A DNA stretch of 64,000 nucleotides from assembly GCF_000150275.1 (NCBI RefSeq), contig NW_002060948.1, forward strand, positions 4,944,336 to 5,008,335, read 5' to 3'. Below the pieces are notes generated by a model. That model was given only the letters and a program-made list of their open reading frames with translations. It was not told the origin of the DNA and did not search any database. Within the stretch, counting starts at the first letter, position 1. Every line of letters starts with the position of its first letter. A program made the position numbers and the translations under genes. Below, piece after piece: positions 12,501-24,901 of this stretch. The stretch is from Trichoplax adhaerens (lineage: Eukaryota; Animalia; Placozoa).

Positions 12501-15500
12501 ATCCTTTGGTAACTTTCGAGATCGATATGCAATATGACAATGATTTATAACCTATAAATGAATAGAATTATCATGTGATTGAATCACTATACAAATATGT
12601 ATCGTATATGATAAAATAGTCATTATCACAGTTAGGTTAAAATTAATACTGTGTCAATGCTACACTAGTACATCTGAACGCAATATCATAAATATGTGCC
12701 AACTTGCTTACTCCACTATGTCCGTATAGTATTGGGCATAGGATCATCTTCATCTTATATACTAATATTTTAGCCTAAATTTTTTGGGGTAGATACGCTT
12801 TTTGTAATGGACACAGGACTGATAGAAGTTGAATCGTTAGGTGTTCAACTCAATGCGTTAGCTACTTTAAACAATGATGGTCCTTCTGCTCTAAGAAATC
12901 CACAAGACATTTTTCAAGCTTTTGGCATGGCTGGAATTTTACCAGCGAGTGTAGATACCAAGACAACTAATGCTGCAGTAAGTGTTATTAGCAAGTGACA
13001 CGATATGTAATGCTATAGAACTCATTTAGAATTCTTTTATTGCGCAAAGGAGCAACGCTTAGCAATCTTAACAACTTGCTTAGAAGAAGGGTCATCATCA
13101 TTTATATCCTCCTGTATTAAGACTTGGTCTAACATCGGTTCGTAGAAACTAGAAGTTTTTTTGCTATATTTCGTGTGCACTAGGTGATATAATTTCCTTA
13201 ATTATTCTCTAAATTGTAGATTACTCCAAATCTGGATGCTCTCTACGTCTTGTGCTAGAATGGGCTTGGTTATTAGTAAACAATTACAAAAATTCGCTTG
13301 ACGAATTGTGTAAGTATTCGCTTGACAATTGTGTGAGTGATCGTTGAAGATACAAAGAAATTTTTTCCTATATTTAATTAGCTATTTCTGATCTTCACAC
13401 TTTTTAAAACAGGCGAACCAATCTTCGACGGAAGAGCTTTAAGTATTGGAGATAGCACCTATAAAACTTTGCGCAGATATTCTGGATTATTTCGTTATTT
13501 GACTTTAAATTTTTGTGGTCTCATCGATTATTCCGATAATACAACGGAACAAGGTTATCATTAATTAGTAGGATATCAATTTTACTACATTTGTACTGTG
13601 TATTCTAATTACTTTTGCGCTATATTTAGGTGTGGCTGAAATAGAAAGCAAATTGCAAGCAACCTTATTTATTAATGAGGTATATCATAAAAATCATTAC
13701 TATTAAATTAAAATAATTCTTAAATCTGAAATTCATCATTTAAATATTCGTAATTATATTATTTAGTGGCTTGACGTATTACTTTGGCTTCTTGGTAATG
13801 AGATCTTACCAGAAGTAGCAGGTTTAAAAATTGTCTTAATACTTTTCGTATGATGCTATTTTAAAAATGATGATCTTATTATCATACGCTATTTATCATG
13901 ATTTACTGATATTTTATCGGTTGCAGAGGAAGTTGCCTCATCCGATACTAGGTGAAAAAATATTTCCTCACAGATATTTTCCTTTTATTATCATTATAAT
14001 CTTTAACTACTCCTTGTTTGCTTGACACCGCAGCCTGGTCTGTTTTCCTACTAAGGCTATATTTGCCGAATATCTGGAAGCCCGAAGGCAACTTTTATAT
14101 ACAGATCAAGGGTAAATTTAAAGTTTCTAAACCTGTTAATATACTATTGAAGATTTATATGTTATTTACAATAGATAATTTACTTATTCATCAAGGGAAT
14201 TAAGAACGTGCGATACAGGATTAATGATCGATGGGATAATCGCACTACTAAAAAGTCCGGTAGATGAAATTTGGGGTCCTAGCGCAAATGGACGCGGAGT
14301 CTACCCTCCTCCAAGCTTACATGTAAAATATCTTTTACATTATCATCACTATCTATCACAATTTGATATATATATACAAGCGACTCGACGTAACAATCTG
14401 TAACCTAATATCTCGATATTATCTGATTGCAGGCTCTGCTGAATATATATTTTATTCATAGCCCTGATGTCAAAATAAAACACAGCATTGTATCTTTTCA
14501 AACGTAACCAATTTAGGATACTAGCAATGCAAATCGTTGAAGAATATGCTGTTTTTCTTTGGAAACTTTTCTTTAATTTTCAATCACCAGATTTTTTACG
14601 CGTTGCTGGACTTAGGAAAAAAGTATGAAACTTTTAGTGATCTTGCTTCAGAATTCGCAATTAGATTCGGATTAGAGAAAGGTTTAACGAAGCTACTTTA
14701 TGGCCTCTGGTTACTAGATGGGCATCAGTTCGATGTAAGTATGCAAAATTGAATTATCTTCCACATTATAAAATCTAAATTATTATTTTATTACTTAACC
14801 CAATAGCTTGCCGTAGAAACTTTACGAAATCCAGTAATTAATGTTCAAATCGCTGAATGGCAAAATGAGCGAATTCTGAGGACCTTACTGCGACATAGTA
14901 ATTTTATTAAATATTACTTTTAATAATGGCTATTTTGAACATCAGAATCGATTAACTGCATCCTCTTCTACATAGATCGTCTTAGATTATGTCTACAGTA
15001 TTACCGAAATGTACAATTACAGACTCGTATTTCTGATAACAAACGACTGGTCTTTGAAATACTGATTGCAAATGGGTATACCTATCATTGTTATGCATTG
15101 TTAAAAATTTGTAGATTTTTCATTCGTTATGAAATTACGTTTGAGTAATATTATTAACTGTAGTTTCAAATATTTTAAAAAAATTTTAGTTTGGTGGCGG
15201 AGGCATTATCACTGCAGGTATAGTTTTTATGGCATTTATAACCAATTATATAGGCAGCAGTGTAGGCTGTAAGCTAATATTCAAAATTATGCCTTTTATA
15301 AGCCTTCGGACAAGGATTTATTTTACTACATCCTCGAGGAAAGCGACAAGTGTAAGACATATGACATTTTGATAATTGGAAGTTGAATCCAAAAGTTCTT
15401 TTATTTCTCTTATTGCACTTATTTTGATTCTTAACAGACGGACACCTGACGGAGATATCAGGAATAATAAGCAGTGATGAAGACATTGTAAGTTTCTTCT

Positions 15501-18500
15501 AGTAGGTACAACAATAGATAAAATAGTTAAATACTAACACTGTAATATGTTTAATAAGGCAAAATTTACCGAATGGTTGGAAAAGAAGTCACATCCTTCT
15601 AAATATGAATTGCTAGTCGATTTTTATGTCCAACGCGGACGCTATCCAGAAGCAGTTGCTGCTATGGAAAGACTGACCACAAGAGCAATGGTAGCTATAT
15701 ATGTTTTATTTTACAGATAATATGCTTGGATAAGCTTTATTATGATTGCGTATTATATATATCTAATAATTAGGACGCCCCTAACTATGATATGGATCGT
15801 CTTCGCTCGATGAATATTGCGATCAACGGAATAAAGCAAACTATTCCGAATATTCACCAAAAGTTACTGTCCATAAAGTCACCACATACACCAAATGAAA
15901 AATGTAAAAATCTTGTTACAGAAAATACTATATACAATACATTAACTGCTTGGATTTTGCTTCCGGTTAACTTTATAAATCTACATTTTTACAACATAAT
16001 CTGATATTGTTTTACCATTTAGTTACAAAAGATTGCACGCCACTGTCGGTTGACATGAAATACTCTCAATTTTCGAATCGATCGTCGACGGAAATGTTAG
16101 GTAAAATCGTAACAAAAGTGGAGGAAGTTAGGCGTAGTTGTAAAACCAGAGCAACAAAATTTTTGCCTTTTATTAGTCCCCCCCTACTTCCTTCCGATAG
16201 CCGAGAAGCCAGGTTAGTTCTAATAATTTCAGGGTATCAGAAATTTATGGAAAGTTAGATTACTGATGTTAGGCGATCGTTTATTTTTTTGATATAGCCC
16301 TGTCAGTAACTACGGAAAGAAGGTAACTAACAACAATAAGAAAGGATTAAACAATGTATCTATCTTTCAGAGCTATCCTAGAGTTTGCATATTATGTTGT
16401 ATGTGGCCTCAAAAATGTTGTAGTAATCAGTCATTAAATTTCAGGATATATCAGATCCGGAATCGCTCGAAAAGATTCTACATAGACGGTACGGCAAACA
16501 CAGTTAGATAAACTTTGGTATTAATAATTTTTTAGCATAGCTTAGTAGAAATATTACTGAAAATTTAATAGGCCAGCATATAGTTCCTATTCGCAAGAGC
16601 AACTCAGTCGTATGGAATTATTGCGGGTAGGATATGCTATACAATACTGCATTAAATTAAAAATTCTTTTGTGGGTTTCGCCTTTAACAAGAAATGAATG
16701 TTCCAAATGATTTACTCGTAGAAATTGACTGCAGAAAACAAAGTAGTTAAAAAGCATGTACAATTAAATCTTGGCGATCAAAAAGATATCTTGGTAATTT
16801 TCAAAACAATATCAGCAATAATTTAAGAATTCCAGTTTAATATTTTTATTGCCTAACTGCTTCTATTTGGGAATTCGTAAGGCTAATAACATTGGAAACG
16901 ATGTTAGGAAAGGTGTTATGCCGCTCCCTGACACCGTATTAAAAGTGCGTACTGTGATCTACAACTTCCGTAGGGAATTACGAATAAAATTAGCCACGAA
17001 CATGTAAAATTTATGTTTTACTACTGATATATCTTTAGGTACACCATATCACACCGAAATCAGATAAATATTTTGCAACTAGAACTGAGAATAGAGCTAT
17101 CGGAGGCATGCCCAGTAATTTAGAAGGCGGTAAGTACTGTATTGTATATCATATATTTTGTTAAAAATTTGGTTAATTTCATATACGGTTTGAATGGCAG
17201 ATGCTGTGACCAATACTTATACGACACCGCAACGCAAGATCCTTAGGCAATGTATTGTAAACTTTTCATATGATATCACAATTGTTCATCACGGTAAAAG
17301 TGAAAAATAGCCTGTCTCTTAATTTTATAACTATTTTATTAGCTATTGAACCATCTAGTACTCGAGCATCAAGACCTTTTTCAGCTAGACCGCGTGTCAG
17401 TTTTAAAGACCAACAGCATCATAACTCTTCATCCGACGATAGTAGTTTGGTAATGCTATTTATACTTTTAATAGCTAAACTCAATTCGTTACGGTTTTTT
17501 ATATCGTTTGATTCTTTGTAGATGGATTCTAAAGATAGTCAGAGTATGGATGTGGACATACAAGAAGAATCAATTAGCGATAAAAATGACTTAGATAATG
17601 ACTCTGATGATGGTCCTGAAGTCATCCTTTTAGAAGGTACTCCATTAACAACAAATGATAAAGTGACCGCAAGACGCACGAAGGGCGAATCTTCAGTAGC
17701 TCATCCCTCGCGCAGCAGTGCTGTGGCCTCCTTCGTAGATGACAATGAAGATGTTTCTGATGAGAACTTGGACCCAGATAATGACAGTAACATCCATGAG
17801 ATGGATATTATCCCATCATTGAAGGATAATCCTGATATTTTCCGTATAAGTACTACTGCTCCTGTTGTCAGTACTTCAAGTATAAAAGAACCGAAAACTC
17901 CGAAAACTCTTGATAGTTTACCAATTTTGAACTCTGAATTTGGTGCCTTGGATTCCACCCATGACAAAAGTTTTCGAATGAAATTAAGAAGTTCTGATGA
18001 TATTTCTATGTTATCCTCTGAACTATCGCCTACAAGTACTATAGATCTCAGTGCTAGGTCGATTTTATCATCTACTTTGGCAATGGCTCATTACAGAGTG
18101 CCTCAACATTATCGATCCATCCTGGAACACTCTCCACGAGTAACGCGATCTATGAGTAAAAAACTGGCCAAGATTGCGTCTGGAAAATCAAGTGTTGCGG
18201 AGCCTTCTTTCAGTCAGCAAAGGTATTAGTACTGTCCATGACTTGCGCTAATCTAGAAATGATGATTACGATTTCACCACATCGTTCGAATAAAGTATTC
18301 AATTCAAAGAATTGTAATTCGGAAAGTACAAGCTGAGACTTAGTACTTCTTGTAGCTTTATGTTTAGTTACTGCTATTAACATATTGGTTGTTCGCTAGC
18401 ATGCTTGTGTAGTAGCAAGTCGTGATTTTTAAGGCACATTCATCTTCTCAATCTTAATAAATTACATTTACCGTTTGTATACTTGTTTGACTAAAATGAA

Positions 18501-18774
18501 CTGGTTTATTATTTTACTACATAGTCAAGTAAATTCAGAAAATATACCAATGAAATCAGCAAGAAAAATGAAATCGAACTACTCCAGGATCCCAGAAACT
18601 AACCGGGCGGAAATTGAGACTTCAAAGAAAGCTAGTTCGAATTTTTCAAATAGCCCTTTATCTTTCAAAATGCCCGCCAAAATTTTAGCACCAACATCTT
18701 CGCAACCTCAAAAGACTACTAAGAAAGGAGTTAACCTAAGAACCAAAAGCAGGAGAAAGAGTGCTCGAAGATAA
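9552..18774 (+). CDS. AHCTF1: Nucleoporin ELYS/MEL-28 (AHCTF1 orthologue), about 35-40 exons
   Basis: Exon 9552-9729 splices to 10132-10614, giving ...HLEVLDCRNG|NCISSW..VGVDEFS..LYLYDPAISRVVKAIELP..DGG..LRLFFGVVALG..G.IYLLD..MHLCLRL. This matches the ELYS beta-propeller (LCLYDLGISKVVKAV..LRWLFGVAAV..RHLCFQL). Later exons give FVYQEPEDDPKPFCYLWA, LRLVLEWAW, GVYPPPSL, KHSI|IFYALLD and GLWLLD. A Ser/acidic disordered tail follows, with the stop at 18774. Confidence 0.95.
14490..14590 (+). other. U12-type (minor spliceosome) GT-AG intron in ELYS
   Basis: 5' site GTATCTTTT (U12 consensus RTATCCTTT). Branch site TTTTCTTTAAT at 14567-14577, about 14 nt from the AG. No polypyrimidine tract (caatcaccag). 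Joins KHSI|IFYALLD in phase 0. Confidence 0.8.
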
Positions 18775-20089
18775 AATTTTCTTCCTAGAAATCGAATGAA
18801 TGTACTGTAAATCTAAATTATTATTTAAGATCGATTGTTGACACATGATCTAGTGATTCATAGATAGACAGCTAGTATTAAATATTGTACTGTAAACTCG
18901 TATCGTAAACATTCAATCATGCTTGGTACGATATCTACTTACACTTAATAAATGGCCTACTGCGAAGATTTGTAAAATTTCGATCACTTGAAAGAGACTT
19001 ACTTTTTTCCTTATACCTTGTACAGTAAACTGCCTCGTTTCTTATGTAAGGACAGCAAATTATTACTCTCAGATTTTGTTATTACGAAAGTATTCAGAAG
19101 ATGTTATTGATGGTATACTGATCGTGCTATACATTTAGATTAGGAAAAGAACCATAAAATAGAATAAATTCCTAGATACGCGTATTTTAAGTTAAATTAT
19201 GTAGTATATTTCAAAATAGAAATATATTAACTACAGTGTCCATGGTTATATTGGACTTTCATGGTGAAAGTATGCTCCGAAAATACTTTATTTTTATTTA
19301 GCGTAACTTAATGGTGATGCATTTGTACGTTTCTAAGATCTGCTTGTAATTTGATTCTGGCTTCAGCCGGTAACCTATCCAGAGTGATTTTTCACCGTCT
19401 TGTCATAGAATATCCAGTTTATCAAAGTATATTTCTATGGCTTTGAACTTATAGCTGAACGTCGTTGCGATTGCGTAATTATATAATTCATAAATAGTAT
19501 GATGAAATAAAAATGATTCTCATTTACGTTTACAATAATTAATGGATATTACATTTAACGTCTTTAATAGTTACATTTACGTTTTATATAAAATTAATGT
19601 ATTACTGTATTGGGTATTCTATAATATCAGTCTATTGCATCAGAAGGAATGAACAACCAATCTAACCATAGGACTGGACACTTGAGCATACGAACCACTA
19701 CTTCAGTAAATTATTAGCAAAGCGTAACTCATAAAGTATGAGCGCTGTATGTGCGATAATTTGCAATATACTGTACTTGCACACAGTATATTGCAATTTA
19801 GTGTTGAGTGATAACCAATAGATATTAGTGCCCATCGTTTGTACTGTACACTAACTTAATTTCTTGCGAAACTTAGTACTTCAACACCATTTAAGATTGC
19901 AGCTGTGATCGCTATTCAACGTAAATCTACATACTAATACATTGTATGGGCCTACTGGATAGTCCCTGATAATTGCATGAATATACGCTTTCTTTTTGCC
20001 ATCGATATTCCTACTCGCGATAAACCAATGCTATAGTTTTACTTCTGGAAAGAAAAACTTGAAAAGGTATCCAAGTATCATATAGGATT

Positions 20090-20830
20090 TGACCTTCATA
20101 TGTACCTATTCATGGTCTGCTCTGTTCTTCTCGTTACCGACAGCCTAGACCTCTCACCAAGTTCGTGCGCTAGTTTAGCAGTAAGCCCTGACAGTGGATA
20201 CCTCTATATTGTAATCATAGAGACAAAATAAGATTTTTCTTTTTATCTCTATGATTGGAACTGGGGTCAGATATATGCCAATTCCTGGTATGTTCTGGTC
20301 TTCTCATTAAAGATCGCCTAGATCTCTTATTAAGCTTATACGCTAGGTTAGTAGTAAGCCCAGATTATACCTCCATCTCTATGACTGAAACTTGGATCAG
20401 ATATATGCCAATTTCTGATCTGTTCTGGTCTTCTCATTAATGATAGCCTAGATCTCACATCAAGCTTATACGCTAGCTCAGCAGTAAATCCAGACCATGA
20501 ATACCTCCGTATTGAAAGTATAGAAGCAGAACTTTCTATTTTATCTCTATGACTGAAACTTAGATCAGATATATGTCAATTCATGGTCTGTTCTGGTCTT
20601 CTCAATAGTGACAGCCCAGATCTCTCATCCAGCTCAGGCGCTAGCTCAGAAGTAAGAATGTAAATACGGGTGTCTCAACATTGGTGAATATCTCTATGTT
20701 GATCAGATCTACGTATGCCTATTCATGGACTGTCCTAGTCTTCTCATTAATGATAGGCCAAACCTCTCATCATGCTCGGGCGCTAACTCAGCAATAAAAG
20801 ACCGCGTATACCTCCATATTGCAACCATGG
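20090..20830. repeat. Degenerate tandem array, 5 copies, 130-175 bp periods
   Basis: Core tatgcc.attc.tggtctgttctggtcttctcattaa.ga..gcctagatctc...cgctag.t.agcagtaa near 20100, 20273, 20403, 20571 and 20714. Confidence 0.9.
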
Positions 20831-21413
20831 AGATATGAAGGCTTTTAAAGCTGCATTTAAAACTTGAACTCTCAGGCTGTCGGTCTGGCCGGCTGTTACT
20901 AGAAGACCGCCATTGCGCAAGATCGACCTTTGAGGTAAACTAAACTTTATTTACTGTCTTGCTGAGGCTTTGAAATTTTTCATGGAGATCGTAAACTTTG
21001 ACCAAGTTTATGCCAATGAGTAGAGAAAGAATTGCCTAAATAGTATTAAATGTAACTCTAACCTATGAAATAAGCATGAATCAGTATTAGTTAATAGTGG
21101 AAATTGAGATGGATGATAATCCAGCATCAGATAGATGCAATCGCAATCATTCGTTGATTTGGTAAGCAAGTCCTTTATGATCTTACCTTGGACTTGCTGC
21201 ATAACAACCTTGTCGTTTATGCTTCAAAGACATCAATTAATTTGGTAAATTGTAAGTAAATGATATAGAATACCTGTTTATAGTAGTTATGTCATGTTGT
21301 GAAGGAAATTTAAGTGCCTTCTTAATGTGTAACTTCCAATTATTGTCTATTCAGTATATACAGAGATTGACCGAGGATTAAAGTGAATAGACTGTATTGG
21401 GCTTCTTGGAAAG

Positions 21414-23063
21414 ATGAATCTAGTCCAATTGCCTAACGATGTAATTTACAAGATATTAGATTATTTGCCAGGTTTTCATTTAGGTCGATTTTCATCGACT
21501 TGTATAACCTTTTATCAGCTTATCCATGATGATTTGTTGTGGAAAGAAAAAGTTTGGAGTGAACTAACTAGAAAGCCTACGTTTGTTAAAGGAGAAAACT
21601 ATTATACGTATTATAAGCGTATTTATATTGGACCAAAGAGAACTTTAGATGCCCTTTCACAATATCTGCCCAATCGTCGTTTTTTCACCTGCAATAGAGA
21701 TCATCAAATGCAAATTCATGATTTACCTCGGCTTTCTATGAGCTATAGCGATTATGTTTTTGATGAGACGTTATGTTATGATGAAATAGCAAGATGGCTT
21801 AACAAGAGGAAAGAATTTCTACGTATTGCTGCGGAATCTGGTTTGGAGATATGGGGTCAAAGAATAATTCAGCAAATCTTAGCTCGATGTGGAGAACTAA
21901 ATTTTTCTAACAATAAACTATCTAGTCCCTTTTATATTGCTATTTTAAATCGTCAATTACACTTTGTACACATGTTACTGCAATATCCATGGCCAGATAA
22001 ATTGAATCCATGGATAGAGAATCAAGAAAACAGCTGCAATTACACACTAACAAATGGACTAATTAAATGTGGGTATCATGGTCTACAACTACTACGCGAC
22101 TACTTTATGCTTATTAACTTGCCTGCCGTCCAGAAAGCCGCTTTAATTGGTGATCGTGTGCGCTTAGAACATTGCATCCAGGGAAATACCAATCGATTGA
22201 ATAACCCATTCCCATTTACAGCTCTATTTATGGCTATTCTAGGTAAAAATGTAGATTGTATACGATTATTAATCCGTTATAACTGCAAACCAGCCATTCG
22301 AAAAATTAAAGGTATCCAATGGCCAGTGAATGAACTAATACTGACGATGATTACAAACAATTTAACATGCTTTCAAATTATACTAGAAGAGAGTTGTGGA
22401 ACAGTATCTATGGCTTGTATCCGGCAAAGTATCGCCTTCGCACTCCAACATGGGCATACTGAATTTATTGATTACCTACTAAATCGCCAATATCAAGGAA
22501 TCATACAAGAAGAGATTTACCTCCTATCAAGGAGAATTATCTCTCATAAAAATGTCAAGATTGCACACTTACTACGTTTCGCTGGATCATTAAGTAAAGC
22601 CCTTATTCTAAAGTTAGTACCCCTGTTACCCTACTGTTGCCAAAGTCAAAGTTCTTATACTGATTTTAGTAATTATAATGATGCGGTATCCATGATTACC
22701 ATTCTACAAGACGACAACCTAACTATTGAACAAGTTGCCCAACAAACGCCATTTTATCAACTTATGCAGTTTTGCAAAGCTATAATTAATTATAGTGATA
22801 GACTGGATGGCTATTCTTATAGCATACTTTTAAATGTTGTTGTGAAAACTAGATCATTTATTACACTCTCTAATAGCAAATTGCAGCAAAAGTATGACCA
22901 TGTATGTGCGGAATATATTCGCCTTATAATTAGTTGGGGAGCTGACGGGATGATATATCGTCGTAATCGACTTGGTCAAACAATGCATGAATTAATCATG
23001 CAAAGTCAAAAAGAATGCTGGATTAACACCTTACCTTCGGATAATCTATTGGATACCATATAG
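21414..23063 (+). CDS. Intronless F-box + ankyrin-repeat protein (549 aa), probable SCF substrate adaptor
   Basis: N-terminal F-box LVQLPNDVIYKILDYLPGFHLGRFSSTCITFYQLIHDDLLWK. Ankyrin-like segments SPFYIAILNRQLHFVHMLL, TALFMAILGKNVDCIRLLI, AFALQHGHTEFIDYLL and IRLIISWGAD..RNRLGQT. Possible 5' UTR intron 20935-21363. Confidence 0.88.
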   Translation: MNLVQLPNDVIYKILDYLPGFHLGRFSSTCITFYQLIHDDLLWKEKVWSELTRKPTFVKGENYYTYYKRIYIGPKRTLDALSQYLPNRRFFTCNRDHQMQIHDLPRLSMSYSDYVFDETLCYDEIARWLNKRKEFLRIAAESGLEIWGQRIIQQILARCGELNFSNNKLSSPFYIAILNRQLHFVHMLLQYPWPDKLNPWIENQENSCNYTLTNGLIKCGYHGLQLLRDYFMLINLPAVQKAALIGDRVRLEHCIQGNTNRLNNPFPFTALFMAILGKNVDCIRLLIRYNCKPAIRKIKGIQWPVNELILTMITNNLTCFQIILEESCGTVSMACIRQSIAFALQHGHTEFIDYLLNRQYQGIIQEEIYLLSRRIISHKNVKIAHLLRFAGSLSKALILKLVPLLPYCCQSQSSYTDFSNYNDAVSMITILQDDNLTIEQVAQQTPFYQLMQFCKAIINYSDRLDGYSYSILLNVVVKTRSFITLSNSKLQQKYDHVCAEYIRLIISWGADGMIYRRNRLGQTMHELIMQSQKECWINTLPSDNLLDTI

Positions 23064-24901
23064 AAATCGATTGAATCATGCTATATCGATTTTTTGATTA
23101 AAGTCTCATTTAGCTTGGGAGATAATACTATTTCTTAAGCTACAGTAAAGATTTTCTCTAATATCATCCATGGCAATTTTTGATAGTGTAACTAGCCTTT
23201 ACTTGTTACTATTAAATATGATCAAAAGTGATTCACCGTAGAAATCTTTCTATGGATACTGTAAATTGTATTAACGCTAATATCTCGATTTCTAAATGAT
23301 TTCCTTTATAATAATGTATAATCGGTTAATAATATTTTAATAATAAGTATACTGTATGGTTAAAGTACAGTATTTGTGTATTTCTAACAGGCTTCTGTTT
23401 TATAAAATATCATTGTAATTCATTTTATTCTATTAACATGTGCTTCTTATACAGTAAATATGCAAGATCTAAAATTGACCAATTTATCGTAAAATTAATG
23501 TTATGAACTCAATCACGCATTAATATCTTGTATTTATTTCTGGAACTGTAGGTAAGCCTTGTAATACAAACGCAATTACAAGCCTATAAATAAACAGTTA
23601 TGATAATGCCCCCATTACCTTTATACGCAAATCGAATATGGACGATACGGTTAAATGATTGCTATTATAGAGAGCTCTGATGGACCTAAATTCTAAGCCA
23701 ATCGATTTACAATAGCATAAATCTCATGCCTAAAATCCTGCTGTGCTAAAAACTTGAGAAAATAACAAACGGATTATCAATTCAAGACGTGCATTATTAG
23801 ACCTACATAAGTATCTAGGAATAACTAATGAATTACAGTTATACTAAAGGCAAGAAATTTCACTTCAGTTAGTATTCTCCATTTATTTTGATAGCATTTG
23901 CTTCAAAGCATCAATTTGGGCATACACGTATGAAACATGCTACCTGTAATCTCTTTAAGTAATCAAATCTACCAACAATCGCAGTTGATAAGCTATAGAT
24001 TTATTTTTTAATTATTATAAAGTACCCTATCTTTCTAATGTTATTTATAATAGATTACATTGGGCTATCGGTTATATCTGATCTTATCACGTATGCACAA
24101 TGGATCATTCTTTCTTTAAGGACATGAACAAGTGAAATTTGATTTTTAAGATAACAACATAGTTGAAAGGGTTCGACGGAGAAATATTTTTAATTTTCGT
24201 TAATCATTAAAGTAACTAATTCAATCATAAGGTAATTGAATCGTATTGTGTTAGAATGGTATATTGCATTAAATAAATGAATATATAAGTTAAGTTATCG
24301 TATACTCGTATAATAGTAAAGGTAATATATACATAAAAAATGTACATTTTCATAATAGCTAAGAAAGTCCTTCTCATAATGCGTCGTAAATGTAAAAACT
24401 ATCACTTACTACCGAATGATACTAAAGTTACAATAATACTGTCATCTTGAGATAACATCACCTGGACAGACGGGTATTTCACCCTAACATCAGACAGTAA
24501 GATATCTATTTACTTCTATAGCTGATTATTAATTTAAACGTATGTCGACAGCTACATACTAATACAATCGATAAATATTGCACGATAATTCATGCAAAAT
24601 AAGCTTAGCTACAACCTATACACATGTGATACAATTTACTAATTTACATGCCTATTCTACTCCAGTTTTTATCCAATTTATCATATTGCTAAAAGACTAT
24701 CACATCTGCTGTCTTGTAACATTTTAGGCAGCTTGGATTATAAGGCCAGCGTATCCTACGCTATGCAGTAGCTGCTAAATTATGTAGATAAATTATAATC
24801 ACCAAAATTTCTATCGTGATGTAATATTTTTGATGATTTATGATAATTTGCTATTTACTGTCTATCAGTGCAATACGCCATTAAAATTTTTAAGTTGAAA
24901 T

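Noticed and set aside
20710-20828. 39-codon minus-strand ORF in the last unit of the five-copy array
   Set aside because: The start and frame are not preserved in the other units.
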